Of a stretch of 64,000 nt of DNA, positions 16,871-26,045 are shown in pieces. Within the stretch, counting starts at the first letter, position 1. The number at the start of each line of letters is the position of its first letter. Source of the stretch: Planctomycetota bacterium (lineage in GTDB: Bacteria > Planctomycetota > UBA1135 > GCA-002748355); NCBI GenBank assembly GCA_020638795.1, contig JACKHW010000005.1, forward strand, positions 218,023 through 282,022, written 5' to 3'. The notes beneath the pieces are model-generated. The model was not told the DNA's origin. It searched no databases and saw only the letters and a program-made list of their open reading frames with translations. Both the position numbers and the translations under genes were made by a program.

Positions 16871-18683
16871 TCGCGGGCTGCAACCACGACAAGCGTGCGC
16901 AGAGCGCGAACGCCGTCGCGGGATCCCAACTCGTCAAGCCACTCTCGAACGCCTCACTCTCGAACGCGCGCACGAGTCGGCGCGAAACGGCGCCGGACCA
17001 GCGCTTCGCGAAGCGCTTGAGTGCAGGGACCTGCGCGAACCCCTCGACGCACCACGCCTCGAAGCATGCGTCGTCGCCGGCGCCGCGCGCTTCGCGACCC
17101 ACGCCGTCCTTGGTCGACACGATGGGGAGGAAGAGCGTCGGCGCGGGGCCGAGCGTGTTCCATGGCAGCGTTCGCAACGATTCGACCAATCGATGCAGCT
17201 GCCTTCGTGCTCGCTCACTGCCGCTGCGCGCCGCGAGTCGCAACGTCGGCAACAACATCCCGGCGACGAACCACAGTTCGACGCGACGCGTGGTCTGTCC
17301 GACGCGGTTGTCCGGCCAATCGGGCCAGCCCGCATCGACGCATCCGTCATCGATCCACGTCAGGATCCGTTCGCGCGCGGCAAGGCTCTGCCCACGAGCG
17401 AGGACAATCGTGGCCACCGTGCAATTGCGGAGTGGCCACACGAGTTCGCGGAGCGCACGCCGTCGATCGTCGCGCACGAGTTCTCGTTCGAGCGTATCGA
17501 GTACGGCAATCGTCGCATCGAGTTCGAGACGACGCGACGTGCAGAGACTCGTGAGCAATGCCCCCTCGAGAAACACGTGCCCGAAGTCGATCTCGCCGAA
17601 CCCGTGTCGCGTTCCGTGCTTGACCGGAAGTCGCACGGCGCCGCGCGCGAGATTTCGTTCGATCGTGTGGTGCAACGTTTCGAGTGCGAGGGACAAGGCT
17701 TCGCGACAAGTATCTGCGTCTCCTTGCGTCGTCGTTTGCAGACGACTCGCGCGGAGCAGCCAAGCAAGACACGAGTCGAACTCGCCGTGCGTGAAGTAGC
17801 GGACCGCACCGTCTTCCGTGCGCACGATCCGCCGCACGTCGTCACCGCGCGACAGCGTGTCTCGCGGACGGTCGCGCGCGACGCGCTCGCACAACTTCAC
17901 GAAGGAAGGAGCGAGTTCCGGGTCGCGCTCGAGCCGAACGCGTGCAGGCTCCAGGGAGAGATCGAGCAACGCAGCCGAGGGTTGCGCCGCGAGCGTCGGA
18001 TCGACACGACACGGTCCGGCACCGATCACCAAGAAGAGCCCATCTCCCGGGCGCAACCGCTCACTCGGGACTCGGATGCGCACCCGCGTGCGAGGCGGCT
18101 CGCCGCCAATCGAGATCGACGCTCCGCGCAACTCGATTCCGTGCCAGTCACGCATTTCGGTCATGAACGAGAACTCGAGCGACGTCTCCGTTTGGAATCC
18201 GGACCGCGTCTCGATGTGCATCCGGAGCTCGATGGCCCCATCAGGCCACTCGAACCACTCCACCGAAGCCCGGGCTCCCGGGACGAACGACTCCTGCACG
18301 AAGCGCGGAATCACGTCGCCGTCCGCGTGCGCCGCCGCCTGAGCGCCATCGAATGCGAGTCTGCTACGCACTTCACGCGATTGAACGCTCGCCAACGGCC
18401 TCAGTCGGCACGCACCGACGACGGAGGCTTCGGCGCGGAGCTCGGCGATCACCGGAGTCATCGGAATGACTTCGCCTCGGCCGACGACGACTCCGCCCTT
18501 CGTCAACACCACTGGACCGTATCCGAACGCGGCGGGGACCGCGGTTCTGAGCTTCCCGGACTCGAGCACGACGACCGTACCGGCAGCGTCCTCGCTCGCG
18601 GCCATCCGAGGGGAACTACGACCGGTCGCGATCGCGAACACGAAGACGACCACATGAGGGAGCATGCACGACATGTCACTCAT
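16782..18683 (-). CDS. Hypothetical protein with a hydrophobic N-terminus
   Basis: 633-aa ORF with three in-frame ATGs at 18683, 18674 and 18665. I recognised no family motif. High third-position GC supports this strand. Its 3' end overlaps the convergent protease gene by 89 nt. Confidence 0.55.
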   Translation of the reverse strand: MSDMSCMLPHVVVFVFAIATGRSSPRMAASEDAAGTVVVLESGKLRTAVPAAFGYGPVVLTKGGVVVGRGEVIPMTPVIAELRAEASVVGACRLRPLASVQSREVRSRLAFDGAQAAAHADGDVIPRFVQESFVPGARASVEWFEWPDGAIELRMHIETRSGFQTETSLEFSFMTEMRDWHGIELRGASISIGGEPPRTRVRIRVPSERLRPGDGLFLVIGAGPCRVDPTLAAQPSAALLDLSLEPARVRLERDPELAPSFVKLCERVARDRPRDTLSRGDDVRRIVRTEDGAVRYFTHGEFDSCLAWLLRASRLQTTTQGDADTCREALSLALETLHHTIERNLARGAVRLPVKHGTRHGFGEIDFGHVFLEGALLTSLCTSRRLELDATIAVLDTLERELVRDDRRRALRELVWPLRNCTVATIVLARGQSLAARERILTWIDDGCVDAGWPDWPDNRVGQTTRRVELWFVAGMLLPTLRLAARSGSERARRQLHRLVESLRTLPWNTLGPAPTLFLPIVSTKDGVGREARGAGDDACFEAWCVEGFAQVPALKRFAKRWSGAVSRRLVRAFESEAFESGLTSWDPATAFALCARLSWLQPAISASARSSGPRAARPSGAKPTGGANDRHP

Positions 18684-18808
18684 TCATGTCCCGACGTCAG
18701 CGGAGGTTTCGCGGCAATGCCGATAAACTGCGCACGATGGACTCTGGAACGCGTCGACGGCTCGGCGTCGACGTCTCCGGGGCCGCTCATGGAGACAGGG
18801 AGAAGAAG

Positions 18809-19372
18809 ATGGATTCGATTCGCGTTTTGATTCCTCTTGCCGAAGGGTTCGAAGAAATCGAGGTCGTGACCGTTGCCGACATCTTGATCCGTGCCGGTGC
18901 CGAAGTGACGCTCGCGGCTCTGACCGATTCCATGGATGTTCGTGGGAGCCGCGGGATTCACGTCGTCGCTGCCACGACGCTCACGGGCACCGAAGATGCC
19001 GAACTCCTCTACTTGCCTGGCGGTGCCGAAGGCGCGCGCCGCCTCGGCGAGGATTCACGAGTGCTCGAGCTGGTTCGGCGCTTCGAATCGAGCGACCGTT
19101 GGATCGCCGCGATCTGTGCGGCGCCGACGGTGCTCGTGCGCGCCGGCGTCTGTGCGGAACGCCGGATGACGTCGCACCCGACGGTCGCGGACGAGGTGCG
19201 TGGACATGCGGCCGAGTATCTCGAGGACGGTGTCGTCTTCGACGGCAAGCTCGTCACCGGTAGGGGTCCTGGCGTCGCCCTCGACTTCGCACTCGATCTC
19301 GTCGGGCTGCTCTTCGGTGCCGAGCATGCGGCAGAAGTGCGCGGCCCGCTGATGTGCGAAGTCGTGCACTGA
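18809..19372 (+). CDS. DJ-1/PfpI (YajL/ThiJ-like) family protein
   Basis: ATG at 18809 follows GGAGACAGGGAGAAG. The N-terminus is VLIPLAEGFEEIEVVTVADIL, and the nucleophile elbow AAICAAP carries the conserved Cys. Confidence 0.85.
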   Translation: MDSIRVLIPLAEGFEEIEVVTVADILIRAGAEVTLAALTDSMDVRGSRGIHVVAATTLTGTEDAELLYLPGGAEGARRLGEDSRVLELVRRFESSDRWIAAICAAPTVLVRAGVCAERRMTSHPTVADEVRGHAAEYLEDGVVFDGKLVTGRGPGVALDFALDLVGLLFGAEHAAEVRGPLMCEVVH

Positions 19373-19545
19373 GACGAGGGTTGCGGCGCCGCGCGAGGCG
19401 CCGGCGCACACGCCTTCTTCACGGCTTTGCCCAGCATTTCTTCATGATTCGAGGCATGATGAGCCAGCTCTCCGGGCTCTCGACACGCGGATTGTGCGCG
19501 AACGGGAGCCCTCCCTGCCTGAACGCTCTGAAGCCCTGAATCATC

Positions 19546-20688
19546 ATGCGAACGACTCTTCAATCGCTCCTCGCCGTCACTGCGCTGACCGGTCTCGCCA
19601 ACGCGCAGTTCAGCCTCAGCGAAATCCTGATCAACCCCCCCGGCAACGACGACGGCTACGAGGCCATCGAGATCCGCGGCGCCGCGAACGCGGCCCTGAC
19701 GGGGTACTACATCCTCGCGATCGAAGGCGACGGCACGAATGCCGGCACCGTCGACACCGTCATCAACCTCGGCGCCTACAGCACGGGATCCAACGGCCTG
19801 TTGCTCATGCGCGACAGCTCGACGATCGTGCTCAAGCCGGCTCCCGCGGCGGCGACGACAGTCGCGGTCGACGCGGCTGCTTTCACGCCCGACATCGAGA
19901 ACGGCACGATCACGATCGTCCTCGGCTTCGGAACGGCTCCGACCGTGTCGGTCGACCTCGACGCCAACAATGACGGCGTGCTCGACAACGGCATTCCCGG
20001 TTTCACGACGGTGGACGCCGTCGCGTGGACCGACGGCGGTGCGAGCGACTTCATGTATGCCGGCGCTCTCGGCGGCTTCGATCAGCCGAACACGCATACG
20101 TTCACGCCCGACGCGGCCTATCGCATCTATGACGAGAACGGCAAGCCATGGTGCTGGACGTTCGCGGACGTCCTCACGTCGGCGACCGCGCCGGATGGAC
20201 CGTTCACGTTCGACTTCGTCGGCTTCGATTTCTCCGGCGGCCTCGCCGAGAGCTTCGGCCCGCAGCAGCTCGACCTCGGCAATATCAACGGCCGTCTTCA
20301 GTTCTGCACCGACTACTACGGCATCAGCACGGCCAACGGCGGCACCCAGACGATGCTTCTCGACGCTGGCTCGATCAACGCGAGCGGCTTCGCCCTGGTC
20401 GTCGGTAGCCTCTCGGGCACGAAGCCCGGCATCGCGCTCGGCTCCCTGACGATCCCCGTCAACTTCGACCCGTACACGTCGCTTCTCCTCAACGCGCCGA
20501 ACACGCTCGTCAACCCGTCGGTCGGCCTGCTCGACGCACAGGGCCGCATGACGTCGAAGTTCGCGCTTCCCCCCGCGTCCCCCGCCACGATCGGCATGAC
20601 GTTCAACCACGCAGCCGTGATCCTCGACAAGACGTTCTCGACCTTCAAAGCGGTCACGAACCCGACGACGCTCTTCATCCAAGCCTGA
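19546..20688 (+). CDS. Secreted lamin-tail-domain (LTD) protein
   Basis: Signal peptide is MRTTLQSLLAVTALTGLANA|QFS. LTD motif is LSEILINPPGNDDGYEAIEIRGAANAALTGYYILAIEGDG. The C-terminal ~120 aa weakly resemble the shared module. Confidence 0.7.
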   Translation: MRTTLQSLLAVTALTGLANAQFSLSEILINPPGNDDGYEAIEIRGAANAALTGYYILAIEGDGTNAGTVDTVINLGAYSTGSNGLLLMRDSSTIVLKPAPAAATTVAVDAAAFTPDIENGTITIVLGFGTAPTVSVDLDANNDGVLDNGIPGFTTVDAVAWTDGGASDFMYAGALGGFDQPNTHTFTPDAAYRIYDENGKPWCWTFADVLTSATAPDGPFTFDFVGFDFSGGLAESFGPQQLDLGNINGRLQFCTDYYGISTANGGTQTMLLDAGSINASGFALVVGSLSGTKPGIALGSLTIPVNFDPYTSLLLNAPNTLVNPSVGLLDAQGRMTSKFALPPASPATIGMTFNHAAVILDKTFSTFKAVTNPTTLFIQA

Positions 20689-20874
20689 CCCGCCCCGCGC
20701 GAAACGCGCGCGCGAAAACGTGCCGGGGTCAAAACCCCGTACTTCTGACGTCGTGGATCGCGCGCTCGGTTCCGGGGTGTCGTGGCGCTGAGGCTTGGTA
20801 CGGGTGGCTTGCCCCCTTGCGTTCTCGGGGACTTGTCGCCACTGTCTCGCTGCGCGCTTGGGAGCGAGGCGAGG

Positions 20875-22338
20875 ATGCAGCACAACATCACGGCTGACCA
20901 GCTCAGGTCTCCGCATGCGATTCGTTGCGAAGCGGGATCGTTCGAACCGGCTCGCCACTACTATCCGCGCACGCTCAATGCGCAGCTGCACGCTCTCGTG
21001 GGCTTCTTCCTGCGACTGTCGATCCCGCGCGTCGTCAGCCGCTACTGCCACCTCAACCCGCGGGTCGACCCTGCGCGCCTCACCGAGCTTCTGACGTCAG
21101 GCGCGAAGCATCTGCGTTGGGCAGGAGCGGACCTCTTCCACGTCACGACCGTGGACGGCGATCGCCGCATGATCGTCATCGAGACCAACTCGTGCCCGTC
21201 GGGCAACAAATCGATGCCGCTCGTGCACGACGACCAAGAACAGGGCGGCTACCGCACCCTGATCGAAGGTGCGTTCGTCCCCGCCATGCACCGCCGCGGC
21301 CTCCCGCGCGGCGATCTCGCGGTCCTCTACGACAAGAACCACATGGAGTGCTCCGGCTACGCGGCGACTCTCGCCGACGTGACCGGAGAACCGGTATGGC
21401 TCGTGCCGTTCGCGGAAGACCACACCGACGCACCGGCTCGATTCACGGACGGCCTGCTCGAAGTCCGAGACGAATACGGGAACTGGACTCCGATTCGGGC
21501 CGCCCTCCGCTACGTCACGCAAAAGCCTTGGAATCGAATCCCGATCCAGACCAAGACGCTGATCTTCAATCCGGTCATCGCGTGTCTCGCCGGCGGCCGC
21601 AACAAGCTCGTGGCCTCGAAGGCCTATGACTTCTTCAACACGTCGCTCGAGGAGAGCGGACTCGAGATTCGGACACCCGAGACGATTCGCGATGCGATGA
21701 AAGAAGAGGTGCCATTCTGGGTCCAGCGTTTCGGCGGCCACGCAGTCGTGAAGGTCCCCTACTCCAACGCGGGCCAAGGCGTCTTCACGATCACCAATCG
21801 TGACGAGCTCGAAGCGTTCATGGAGACCGAGCTTCCGTACGAGAAGTACGTCGTCCAGAGCCTCATCGGCAACCGACGTTGGAGCTCGCAAGGTCGCCGC
21901 GGACGGCTCTACCAGGTCGGCACGATGCCGAACAAAGCGGGCGACATCTTCGTCGCCGACGTCCGCATGATGATCGCTTCGACCGAACGCGGCTTTCGCC
22001 CGGTCGCGATCTACGGACGGCGTGCTCGCGTTCCATTGTCCGACACCCTCGACACCGGGAGTTCTTGGGACGTCCTCGGAACCAACCTCTCGACGAAGCT
22101 CGGGGATGGCGCGTGGGACAGCGATGACGCACGCTTGATGCTGATGGATCGAAAGGACTTCAACCAACTCGGCATCGGCATCGACGAACTCATCGACGGC
22201 TACATCCAAACGGTACTGTCGACGATCGCGATCGACCAACTGGCCGATCAACTACTGACGCAGAAGGGCAGATTGCGTCGGAAACTCTTCCGGTCGCTCG
22301 ACGACGATCCCGCACTGCTCGACGAAATCCTCGGTTGA
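20875..22338 (+). CDS. ATP-grasp-like amidoligase (family unassigned, motif order appears permuted)
   Basis: ATG at 20875. ATP-grasp-like blocks are FNPVIACLAGGRNKLVASKAY, HAVVKVPYSNAGQGVF, YVVQSLIG and ADVRMMIAS...AIYGRRA. An ExN-type block, MIVIETNSCPSG, lies near the N-terminus rather than the C-terminus. Confidence 0.6.
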   Translation: MQHNITADQLRSPHAIRCEAGSFEPARHYYPRTLNAQLHALVGFFLRLSIPRVVSRYCHLNPRVDPARLTELLTSGAKHLRWAGADLFHVTTVDGDRRMIVIETNSCPSGNKSMPLVHDDQEQGGYRTLIEGAFVPAMHRRGLPRGDLAVLYDKNHMECSGYAATLADVTGEPVWLVPFAEDHTDAPARFTDGLLEVRDEYGNWTPIRAALRYVTQKPWNRIPIQTKTLIFNPVIACLAGGRNKLVASKAYDFFNTSLEESGLEIRTPETIRDAMKEEVPFWVQRFGGHAVVKVPYSNAGQGVFTITNRDELEAFMETELPYEKYVVQSLIGNRRWSSQGRRGRLYQVGTMPNKAGDIFVADVRMMIASTERGFRPVAIYGRRARVPLSDTLDTGSSWDVLGTNLSTKLGDGAWDSDDARLMLMDRKDFNQLGIGIDELIDGYIQTVLSTIAIDQLADQLLTQKGRLRRKLFRSLDDDPALLDEILG

Positions 22339-22341
22339 TCC

Positions 22342-23379
22342 ATGAACGCGTTCTCGACTTCCACGATTCCGACCATCGACAACCTCGACATCTCGAGCCT
22401 CGAGCGCGGTAGCGTCCATCGATTTTGGGTGACCTTGGGCGAGAACGGTCTCGGTCGCCCCATCGTCGTGCCGGTACTCGTCGCGCACGGTCGCCGCGAA
22501 GGCCCTGTGGTCGGTGTGACCGCAGCACTCCACGGAAACGAACTCAACGGCATCCCGACGATCCATCGTCTCTTCCAAACGCTCGACCCCGATGAGATCA
22601 AAGGGTCGGTCGTCGGCGTCCCGGTTGTCAACTCGCCCGGCTATCTACTCAATCAACGCGAGTTCAATGACGACTCCGACCTCAACCGTCGCTTCCCAGG
22701 GCGTGCAGGTGGCAATACGGGCCAGGTCTATGCCCATCGCTTCTTGCACAGGATCGCAACCCGATTCGAGTACTTGATCGACCTGCACACGGCGAGCTTC
22801 GGTCGTGTCAACAGCCTCTACGTGCGCGCCGATATGACCAACAAAGTCACGGCCACGATGGCGCGGCTCGTCAACCCACACATCATCGTGCACAACAAAG
22901 GCGGCGATGGAACCCTGCGAAGCGCAGCCGAAGATCACGGCATCCACGCGATCACGATCGAGATCGGCGACCCGCAGCTCTTCCAGCAAAGCCTGATTCG
23001 GTCCTCGAGGAAGGGCATCCTCGCCGTCCTCGACCACCTCGACGTGTTCGACGACGAAGTCGAGCACACGTTCGAACCCGCCATCGAGTGCGTCAGCTCC
23101 TTTTGGATCTACGCTGACCATGGCGGCATCCTCACCGTGCAACCCCCACTCGGAAAGCGCATCGAACGCGGTTCGCAGATCGCGACGCTCACGAATTTGT
23201 TCGGTGATGTCATCTGCTCCTATACCGCGCCGGAAGATGGCGTCGTGATCGGGAAGAGCACCAACCCCGTCGCGCAGACAGGTGCTCGGATCCTGCACTT
23301 GGGTCGCATCGGACAGATCGACGGTACATCGCGCCGCGAAGAAGCCGACCGTGAAGAGGCCAACAAACAAGAGAGCTGA
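22342..23379 (+). CDS. Succinylglutamate desuccinylase/aspartoacylase (AstE/AspA, M14-like) family zinc hydrolase
   Basis: 345 aa. Zinc-ligand motifs are AALHGNELNG and LIDLHTAS. It starts 3 nt after the upstream stop. Confidence 0.85.
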   Translation: MNAFSTSTIPTIDNLDISSLERGSVHRFWVTLGENGLGRPIVVPVLVAHGRREGPVVGVTAALHGNELNGIPTIHRLFQTLDPDEIKGSVVGVPVVNSPGYLLNQREFNDDSDLNRRFPGRAGGNTGQVYAHRFLHRIATRFEYLIDLHTASFGRVNSLYVRADMTNKVTATMARLVNPHIIVHNKGGDGTLRSAAEDHGIHAITIEIGDPQLFQQSLIRSSRKGILAVLDHLDVFDDEVEHTFEPAIECVSSFWIYADHGGILTVQPPLGKRIERGSQIATLTNLFGDVICSYTAPEDGVVIGKSTNPVAQTGARILHLGRIGQIDGTSRREEADREEANKQES

Positions 23380-23391
23380 CGAACGAACCCG

Positions 23392-24045
23392 ATGACGTGC
23401 GGCGACGGACGGCAAATCGAAGGCATACTCCCGCCGTCCTGTGCGGTGTTCATGGCGCCCTTGGCCGTACCGGGGAGCCGCGCGGCCGCCCGTACCGCGG
23501 GACGGACCTTGGCAGCGAACGCACTTGACGAGCTCGGGCACGACGAACCCGGCATCGAGATCCCAACCGGTGAACGCGGAGCTCCGGTCTGGCCCGCCGG
23601 GTTCACGGGTTCCATCTCGCATACGAAGAAGCGCGTCATCGTCGCGATCGGTCGCCTGACCGACCATGCGTCCATCGGCATTGACATCGAAGAGCAGAGT
23701 CGAAACGTCTCGATGAAGATCCTGCCACGCATCGCCACGCCGCGAGAACGCGCCTGGATCGAGCATGGCATCGACGACGCACTCCGGGCTCCGCGCGAGC
23801 GTCTACTCGCCGTGTTCTCGTCGAAGGAAGCCATCTTCAAAGCGCTATGGCCGCTCTGGCGTCGAGAACTCGGATTTCACGATGCGATACTCGTTCGCAC
23901 CGCGGATGGATTCGAAGCCAGCCTGAATCCAGGAATCGCACGATCAATGACGCCGGTGATCCCACGGTTGGAGATCCAGGTCACCCATGCGGATGGCGCG
24001 ATCGTTTCCGCCATCCACGTGCCGCGCGTGGATCAAATCCCGTAG
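23392..24045 (+). CDS. 4'-phosphopantetheinyl transferase (EntD/Sfp type)
   Basis: 217 aa. Motifs are PVWPAGFTGSISHT, IGIDIEE and FSSKEAIFKALW. It starts 12 nt after the upstream stop. Confidence 0.8.
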   Translation: MTCGDGRQIEGILPPSCAVFMAPLAVPGSRAAARTAGRTLAANALDELGHDEPGIEIPTGERGAPVWPAGFTGSISHTKKRVIVAIGRLTDHASIGIDIEEQSRNVSMKILPRIATPRERAWIEHGIDDALRAPRERLLAVFSSKEAIFKALWPLWRRELGFHDAILVRTADGFEASLNPGIARSMTPVIPRLEIQVTHADGAIVSAIHVPRVDQIP

Positions 24046-25088
24046 GCCGTCGGGCAAGCGCTGACCGAGGGCCCGGTACCGCTCGTCGACGTCGGCGTCG
24101 TGCCGTAGATTCGCTTGACGGTCACGGCCTGCGTCGAAGCCTGCTGCGGCGCGGAGACGAGCTGTCCGTTGGAGAAGACGAGCGGCTTTGTCGCGGACGT
24201 CACGTCGAGCGAGAGCACCTGCGTGTAGAGCACGACCTGCGTATAGCTCGAGTTCCACGGAGCCTGGATGCCGATCGTCGTCGGAAGGAAGCCATTCGCA
24301 TCGGTAGCTCCGAGCCCCACGAGCAGGATCGGATTGACGTGCAAGACGCCGCATGCGTTCGGAAGTTGGATGTTGGGATCGCTCGCACCAACGAGCAAGA
24401 CGATCGGCGCCGCCGACGGTCCGTTCGTCACTTTCACACCGAGTTCGATATTGGTCGCATCAGCGCGGAATGCCGTATCACTCCGCATGGCTCCGTTCTT
24501 CGTTGCACAACCACCTCCGAGATCGGAAGGGTAGTCTCCGTACGTATGCGCGATGTTGGTGCTCTGCCAATCTTGCGGCATCGCATTGAGGGCGTTGTTG
24601 CTGTTGATGACGTCCCAGACGATCGCATCCGTCCGGTTGTAGATGAACGGCGAATCCAACTTGACCTGGAAGTCGAACTCTTGCGGAGTCTTGCTCGAGG
24701 CGGTGGTCCAATCCGGGAGACTGACCGCCTTCTTCGTGAACACCGTGCGTGGCGTGTCCTTGTAGTTGGACGCCCACGTGTTGGACACAGTCGCGAAATC
24801 GCTGTGTGCCATGACGATCTCTAGAGTCACCGTCTTGTTCGCAGAACCGGTGCCGAGGCCATCGCGTCGCCACGCGAGGTAGCGAATCGCCGGCAGCGGC
24901 AAGCCAACGAGACTGTTGTCGACCTGCTGCACGCGCGTGTCCGCGCTGTAGTTGCCGAGCATGATGTTCGACGAGCTGTTGCCCTCGAAGAACTCGATCC
25001 CACGCGGGCTGGCGAACTCGAGCGTCTGCGAACAGACTCCGGACGAAACGACGACGAGTGACGAAAGAGCGAGAAGAGCAATACGCAC
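24033..25088 (-). CDS. Secreted protein, full-length member of the local paralogue family (two-Cys module near the C-terminus)
   Basis: Signal peptide is MRIALLALSSLVVVSSGVCS|QTL. The N-terminal domain shares a conserved block with the other full-length paralogues (...VQQVDNS...IRYLAWR...TLEIVMAHS...). The module runs GGGCAT...NACGVLHVNP... Confidence 0.7.
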   Translation of the reverse strand: MRIALLALSSLVVVSSGVCSQTLEFASPRGIEFFEGNSSSNIMLGNYSADTRVQQVDNSLVGLPLPAIRYLAWRRDGLGTGSANKTVTLEIVMAHSDFATVSNTWASNYKDTPRTVFTKKAVSLPDWTTASSKTPQEFDFQVKLDSPFIYNRTDAIVWDVINSNNALNAMPQDWQSTNIAHTYGDYPSDLGGGCATKNGAMRSDTAFRADATNIELGVKVTNGPSAAPIVLLVGASDPNIQLPNACGVLHVNPILLVGLGATDANGFLPTTIGIQAPWNSSYTQVVLYTQVLSLDVTSATKPLVFSNGQLVSAPQQASTQAVTVKRIYGTTPTSTSGTGPSVSACPTAYGI

Positions 25089-25141
25089 GGCTGCGGACTC
25101 CGAGGGATCAAGAAGATGAAGGCAGGGTGAGCATACATCCT

Positions 25142-25948
25142 TCAGGTCGCGAACTGGATCAACCGCAGTACTTCGTAGATCGCGTCCGTCTCGAAACCGA
25201 CGACCTTTGGCGACACGAGGTGCGCACCGGGATAGAACGACTTGCGGTACGCGCTGCGGTGGTCCTTGTATTCGAGAGCCACTTCGAAGAGTCGCGGAAC
25301 CTCGAGCCGATAGCGCGTCGTTTCGATGCGACGTAGCGCTTCGCGCACACCCGAGTCGAGACGCGCGCGGGCTTCGTCGGGATGCAGGCTGCGCGTCGAC
25401 GCGCCGTACCCTTCGATCACGGGAACAGTGACGATCGCATCGTCATATCCCGAGACTTCAGCACACAACTCGGCATCCCCGGATACCAACACGACGGGCA
25501 CCGATATCGACGCCGCCGCCCACGCGTTGAGACGATATTCAGAAACCGGTTCGCCATTGACGACCACCTTTTGGAGCGTCGAGGACGACCATGTGTGCGC
25601 GAGCGGATTGCCGCACCCCCCGGCGCGTGCGTGATAACCCACGAAGCACGCGGCTCCGAAGGCCCGATCGAGCCCTTCGACCATTCCCATCGGGTCACCG
25701 CTCCACCCACGAATCAATCGTGTCGGGCGCGGCAGCAGCGTCGCATCGATGTTCCGTCCGCTGCCATGGGCATCTCGGACCAGCACATCCTCGACCCGCG
25801 CGTCGCTCCAGAGCGCCGCGCATACCGCACCGACGTGGTCGCTCATCCGTTCGGCAAACGGCAGGTAATCGCGATGCGTCTTGTCGGCCTCGGCCCAGTC
25901 GGTGATGCCACATATTCCCTCGATATCCGCGCTGACGAAGACCTTCAT
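25142..25948 (-). CDS. M55 family D-aminopeptidase (DppA-like)
   Basis: The internal ATG at 25948 gives MKVFVSADIEGICGITDW, the canonical M55 N-terminus. The 18 upstream codons of the track ORF are not family-like. Confidence 0.85.
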   Translation of the reverse strand: MKVFVSADIEGICGITDWAEADKTHRDYLPFAERMSDHVGAVCAALWSDARVEDVLVRDAHGSGRNIDATLLPRPTRLIRGWSGDPMGMVEGLDRAFGAACFVGYHARAGGCGNPLAHTWSSSTLQKVVVNGEPVSEYRLNAWAAASISVPVVLVSGDAELCAEVSGYDDAIVTVPVIEGYGASTRSLHPDEARARLDSGVREALRRIETTRYRLEVPRLFEVALEYKDHRSAYRKSFYPGAHLVSPKVVGFETDAIYEVLRLIQFAT

Positions 25949-26045
25949 GGCGCCATCATAGGTGGCGTCGGCGGAAGTCTCGCAACCTGCTCCCTTCCGC
26001 ACGTGTCACTCCTCGCCCCTGTCCGATTCTTTGGTATCCCATACT

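Noticed and set aside
20696-20739. Two short GC hairpins after the LTD gene stop (CGCGCG-aaa-CGCGCG, and CGGGG-tcaaaa-CCCCG) as intrinsic terminators
   Set aside because: The stems are only 5-6 bp and no U-tract follows, so I cannot support a terminator call from sequence alone.
19009-21051. 680-aa minus-strand ORF
   Set aside because: It is an Arg/Glu/Asp-rich shadow spanning the DJ-1 3' end, the LTD gene and the ATP-grasp 5' end, all of which have better-supported + strand products.
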